Assembly: GCA_965602765.1 (NCBI GenBank)
Contig: CBFCZX010000001.1
Coordinates: forward strand, 1-30,977
Origin: an uncultured Atribacterota bacterium
GTDB lineage: Bacteria > Atribacterota > Phoenicimicrobiia > Phoenicimicrobiales > Phoenicimicrobiaceae
DNA: 30,977 nt
Direction of reading: 5' to 3'
Shown here: piece by piece, positions 28,843 through 30,977 of the stretch
How positions within the stretch are numbered: position 1 is the stretch's first letter
How the letters are laid out: each line of letters starts with the position of its first letter
Position numbers and translations under genes: made by a program
The notes under the pieces: generated by a model
What the model was told of the DNA's origin: nothing
Seen by the model: the letters and a program-made list of their open reading frames with translations, nothing else
The model's database searches: none

Positions 28843-28875
28843 TAAAAAAGCCAACACAATGTTTGGTGTTGGCTT
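28843..28875 (-). terminator. Leader terminator after the Moco RNA
   Basis: AAGCCAACAC-CAAACATT-GTGTTGGCTT followed by TTTTATTT. Confidence 0.8.
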
Positions 28876-28895
28876 ATAATTGTAAAATACTAACT

Positions 28896-28996
28896 ATGCT
28901 CTCCTTTCCAAACACGGGAGGGACAAAAGTTTCCTTTCGCTCCCCTTCGGCTAAATCACCATTGTTTTCCTTTAGGTAAAATAGCTCGGAGAATAT
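28896..28996 (-). ncRNA. Moco RNA motif, P3-less (Tuco-type) variant
   Basis: CUCCGAGC...ACCUAA...AUGGU...UAGCCGAAGGG...GAAAGGAAAC...CCUCCCGUGUUUGGAAAGGAG upstream of the cofactor operon. Confidence 0.88.
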
Positions 28997-29033
28997 GGGA
29001 ATGATTAATATAATTTCAAATTATCTTTTTAGT

Positions 29034-29062
29034 ATTATATTATTCTTTTTTCATTTTTGCAA
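29034..29062 (-). promoter_or_regulatory. sigma70 promoter of the cofactor operon
   Basis: TTGCAA (29062-29057), 17 nt, TATAAT (29039-29034). Confidence 0.7.
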
Positions 29063-29210
29063 AATATTTTATGAAAATAAGAATTGTTTATTCATTCGTC
29101 CGGAAAAATCAAATAGTGTTGAAAAGTAATACAGTTTAAGTAAAAGCTGAATGTTATTTTCTATTTAATTCATTTATAGAGAAAAATTTTCGAATATAAA
29201 TAATATAAAA

Positions 29211-30065
29211 TCACAATTTTTGACATATTGGACAATAAAAAGAGCTGCGGCCTTCTATTCTTACCATTTCAATAGTATGCTGACATTTGACACACGCTTT
29301 TCCTCTTCTCCCATAAATTTGTATTTCTTGCTCAAATTCTCCCTTTTTACCATCGGTATCCCGAAATGCTCCATCAGATATCGTACTTCCTTTTAGTTGG
29401 ATAGCTTTGCGCAAAACAAGCTGAATCTGCTTATGTAAAATGAATGTTTCATAATAATTTAAAGAAGAGGCTAATCGCATGGGATGAACATGAGCTCTAT
29501 ATAACGCTTCATTTGCATAGATATTTCCTAAACCAACAATTAATTTCTGATTCATTATTAAAGATTTAATTCTTTTTTTTTGATGCATTTTTAACAACTT
29601 GAAGAATAATTCCTTGGTAAATTTATCACTTAGAGGCTCAACACCAAGCTTTGCGATGCTATCAATTTCCATTATACTGTTAACCAGATACACTTTGCCA
29701 AATTTCCGGACATCATTAAAGACCAACCGGGTACTATCGTTAAAACTAAATATAATATGATTGTGCTTTGGTTTTATTAAATTTTTATTAATTTCAAAAG
29801 AATTATTTCTATAGGGATAGATCAAAATACCGGTCATCCCTAAATGGACAATCAATTGGCTTTTTGGAAACAAATCAATAATAATATATTTGCCTCTACG
29901 CAATACTTTTTTTATTGTTTTGCCTTTCAATTCCCTGGTAAATTCCGCTTGGGAAAACTTTTGTATTATTTTTAAATGATTTACAATTACTTTGTTTATC
30001 TTCCGTCCGACAATTTTATTATTTAATTCTAATCTTACAGTTTCAACTTCCGGTAATTCTGGCAT
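29211..30065 (-). CDS. mutM: Formamidopyrimidine-DNA glycosylase
   Basis: N-terminal PELPEVE, HLGMTG, GLGNIYANE, C4 zinc finger CVKC...CPIC. Confidence 0.97.
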   Translation of the reverse strand: MPELPEVETVRLELNNKIVGRKINKVIVNHLKIIQKFSQAEFTRELKGKTIKKVLRRGKYIIIDLFPKSQLIVHLGMTGILIYPYRNNSFEINKNLIKPKHNHIIFSFNDSTRLVFNDVRKFGKVYLVNSIMEIDSIAKLGVEPLSDKFTKELFFKLLKMHQKKRIKSLIMNQKLIVGLGNIYANEALYRAHVHPMRLASSLNYYETFILHKQIQLVLRKAIQLKGSTISDGAFRDTDGKKGEFEQEIQIYGRRGKACVKCQHTIEMVRIEGRSSFYCPICQKL

Positions 30066-30184
30066 GTTTTTCCTCTATTTTTGTTAAAGTAATTTTAACC
30101 TGTTCATTTCATTTAAAAAATAAATTAATTTATTTTTTACCATTATCCAACTTCTTAATCATCAAATAGCAAAACAGTTAACTT

Positions 30185-30835
30185 CTAATTTTCTTCGTAC
30201 GTTTTAAGTATTGTTCGAACTTCCTCTAAATCAGTAATAATATTTTCACCTACTTTTTTATTGTTTCGATCTAAAAAAATCGTATTCATTCCGGCTTGTT
30301 TTGCAGACAAGTAGTCAGATTTCCAGCCATCACCAATATGCATAACTTCTGAAGGATGGACTTCTAATATTCGGGATATTTTTATATACAAATCAGTATT
30401 TTTAAGTTGCTTAAAATCTGATATGGCGGAAAAAGTTCGAGTAAAATATTTTCCTAATTTTAGCATTTTAGGTGATAAAAATTCTCGTGGCATTGCGGAA
30501 ATAACAATTAATTCGTATTGTTCTTTTAAGTCTTCCAGCAGTGGGATGACGGAAGGAAATATTTTAATCTGTGGTTCATATTTTTTTAATATTTCATGAT
30601 GGGAAATATTTAAATCAAAATAGGATATCCAATATTTAAGCTCATACCATTTCAAATTTTTACTTCCCAAGGTTTCATATTCCTTGAAGGAAATTTTTAC
30701 AGCATCTTCGAAAGATATTCGTCTCTTATTGGCTAATAATTCTGGAATTTCCTTAAACCAGATTAAATCATTATATTCAGGGTCCACTAAAGTGCCATCC
30801 ACATCAAAAGAAATAATATTAATCTTTTTATGCAA
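30185..30835 (-). CDS. HAD-superfamily hydrolase
   Basis: Motif I FDVDGTL, motif IV HIGDGWKSD..A..AGM. Confidence 0.9.
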   Translation of the reverse strand: MHKKINIISFDVDGTLVDPEYNDLIWFKEIPELLANKRRISFEDAVKISFKEYETLGSKNLKWYELKYWISYFDLNISHHEILKKYEPQIKIFPSVIPLLEDLKEQYELIVISAMPREFLSPKMLKLGKYFTRTFSAISDFKQLKNTDLYIKISRILEVHPSEVMHIGDGWKSDYLSAKQAGMNTIFLDRNNKKVGENIITDLEEVRTILKTYEEN

Positions 30836-30961
30836 TTTACCAATCCTCCGGTTGTTTTAGTGAATAGTATATCATTCTCATTTTAGATTTACCAGAATTG
30901 ATCTATTTGCATTCAATGACTGTAATACTTCCCCCCTATGTTTTGACCACCATAAAAAAAT

Positions 30962-30977
30962 CCCGGCAGCTTCCTAC
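30962..30977 (-). rRNA. rrf: Probable 3' end of a 5S rRNA, truncated by the window edge
   Basis: Minus strand GTAGGAAGCTGCCGGG followed by a T-run resembles the 5S 3' terminus (GAGUAGG..(G)CUGCCAGG); only 16 nt visible. Confidence 0.5.

Noticed and set aside
30925-30953. TGGTGGTC...GGGGGGAA resembling a 5S rRNA 5' end
   Set aside because: Similarity is short and does not continue into a 5S fold

Overview
AT-rich housekeeping/metabolic window from an anaerobic bacterium (gene content and style suggest Atribacterota or a Firmicute-like lineage; low-confidence inference). Every credible gene is on the minus strand. In transcription order (right to left): probable 3' tip of a 5S rRNA; HAD hydrolase; mutM; a Moco/Tuco-RNA-controlled pterin cofactor operon (moeA, moeA-PBP fusion, moaA, MOSC, moaC, Cys-less MOSC paralog, mog) followed by rnz; a ykkC-family (ppGpp/PRPP-type architecture) riboswitch driving a GAF-ANTAR protein, then an ANTAR-type attenuator in front of gdhA, Re-citrate synthase, aconitase and isocitrate dehydrogenase; ferredoxin; an Rrf2/IscR-like gene, a ThiI-like tRNA thiolase and mnmA, with an IscR-type box on a consensus promoter; an HTH regulator, uncharacterised protein and SPT/BioF-like oxoamine synthase with a candidate operator; greA, lysS, S4 protein, mgtE, eno, ftsB; tRNA-Leu, tRNA-fMet and tRNA-Met. 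No mobile element or CRISPR was seen. The main candidate for an undescribed system is the two-tier RNA cascade (variant ykkC riboswitch -> ANTAR antiterminator -> attenuated glutamate-synthesis operon). Family assignments come from motif recognition and recall, not database searches. Several starts were moved from the ORF track to better Shine-Dalgarno (SD)-supported codons.
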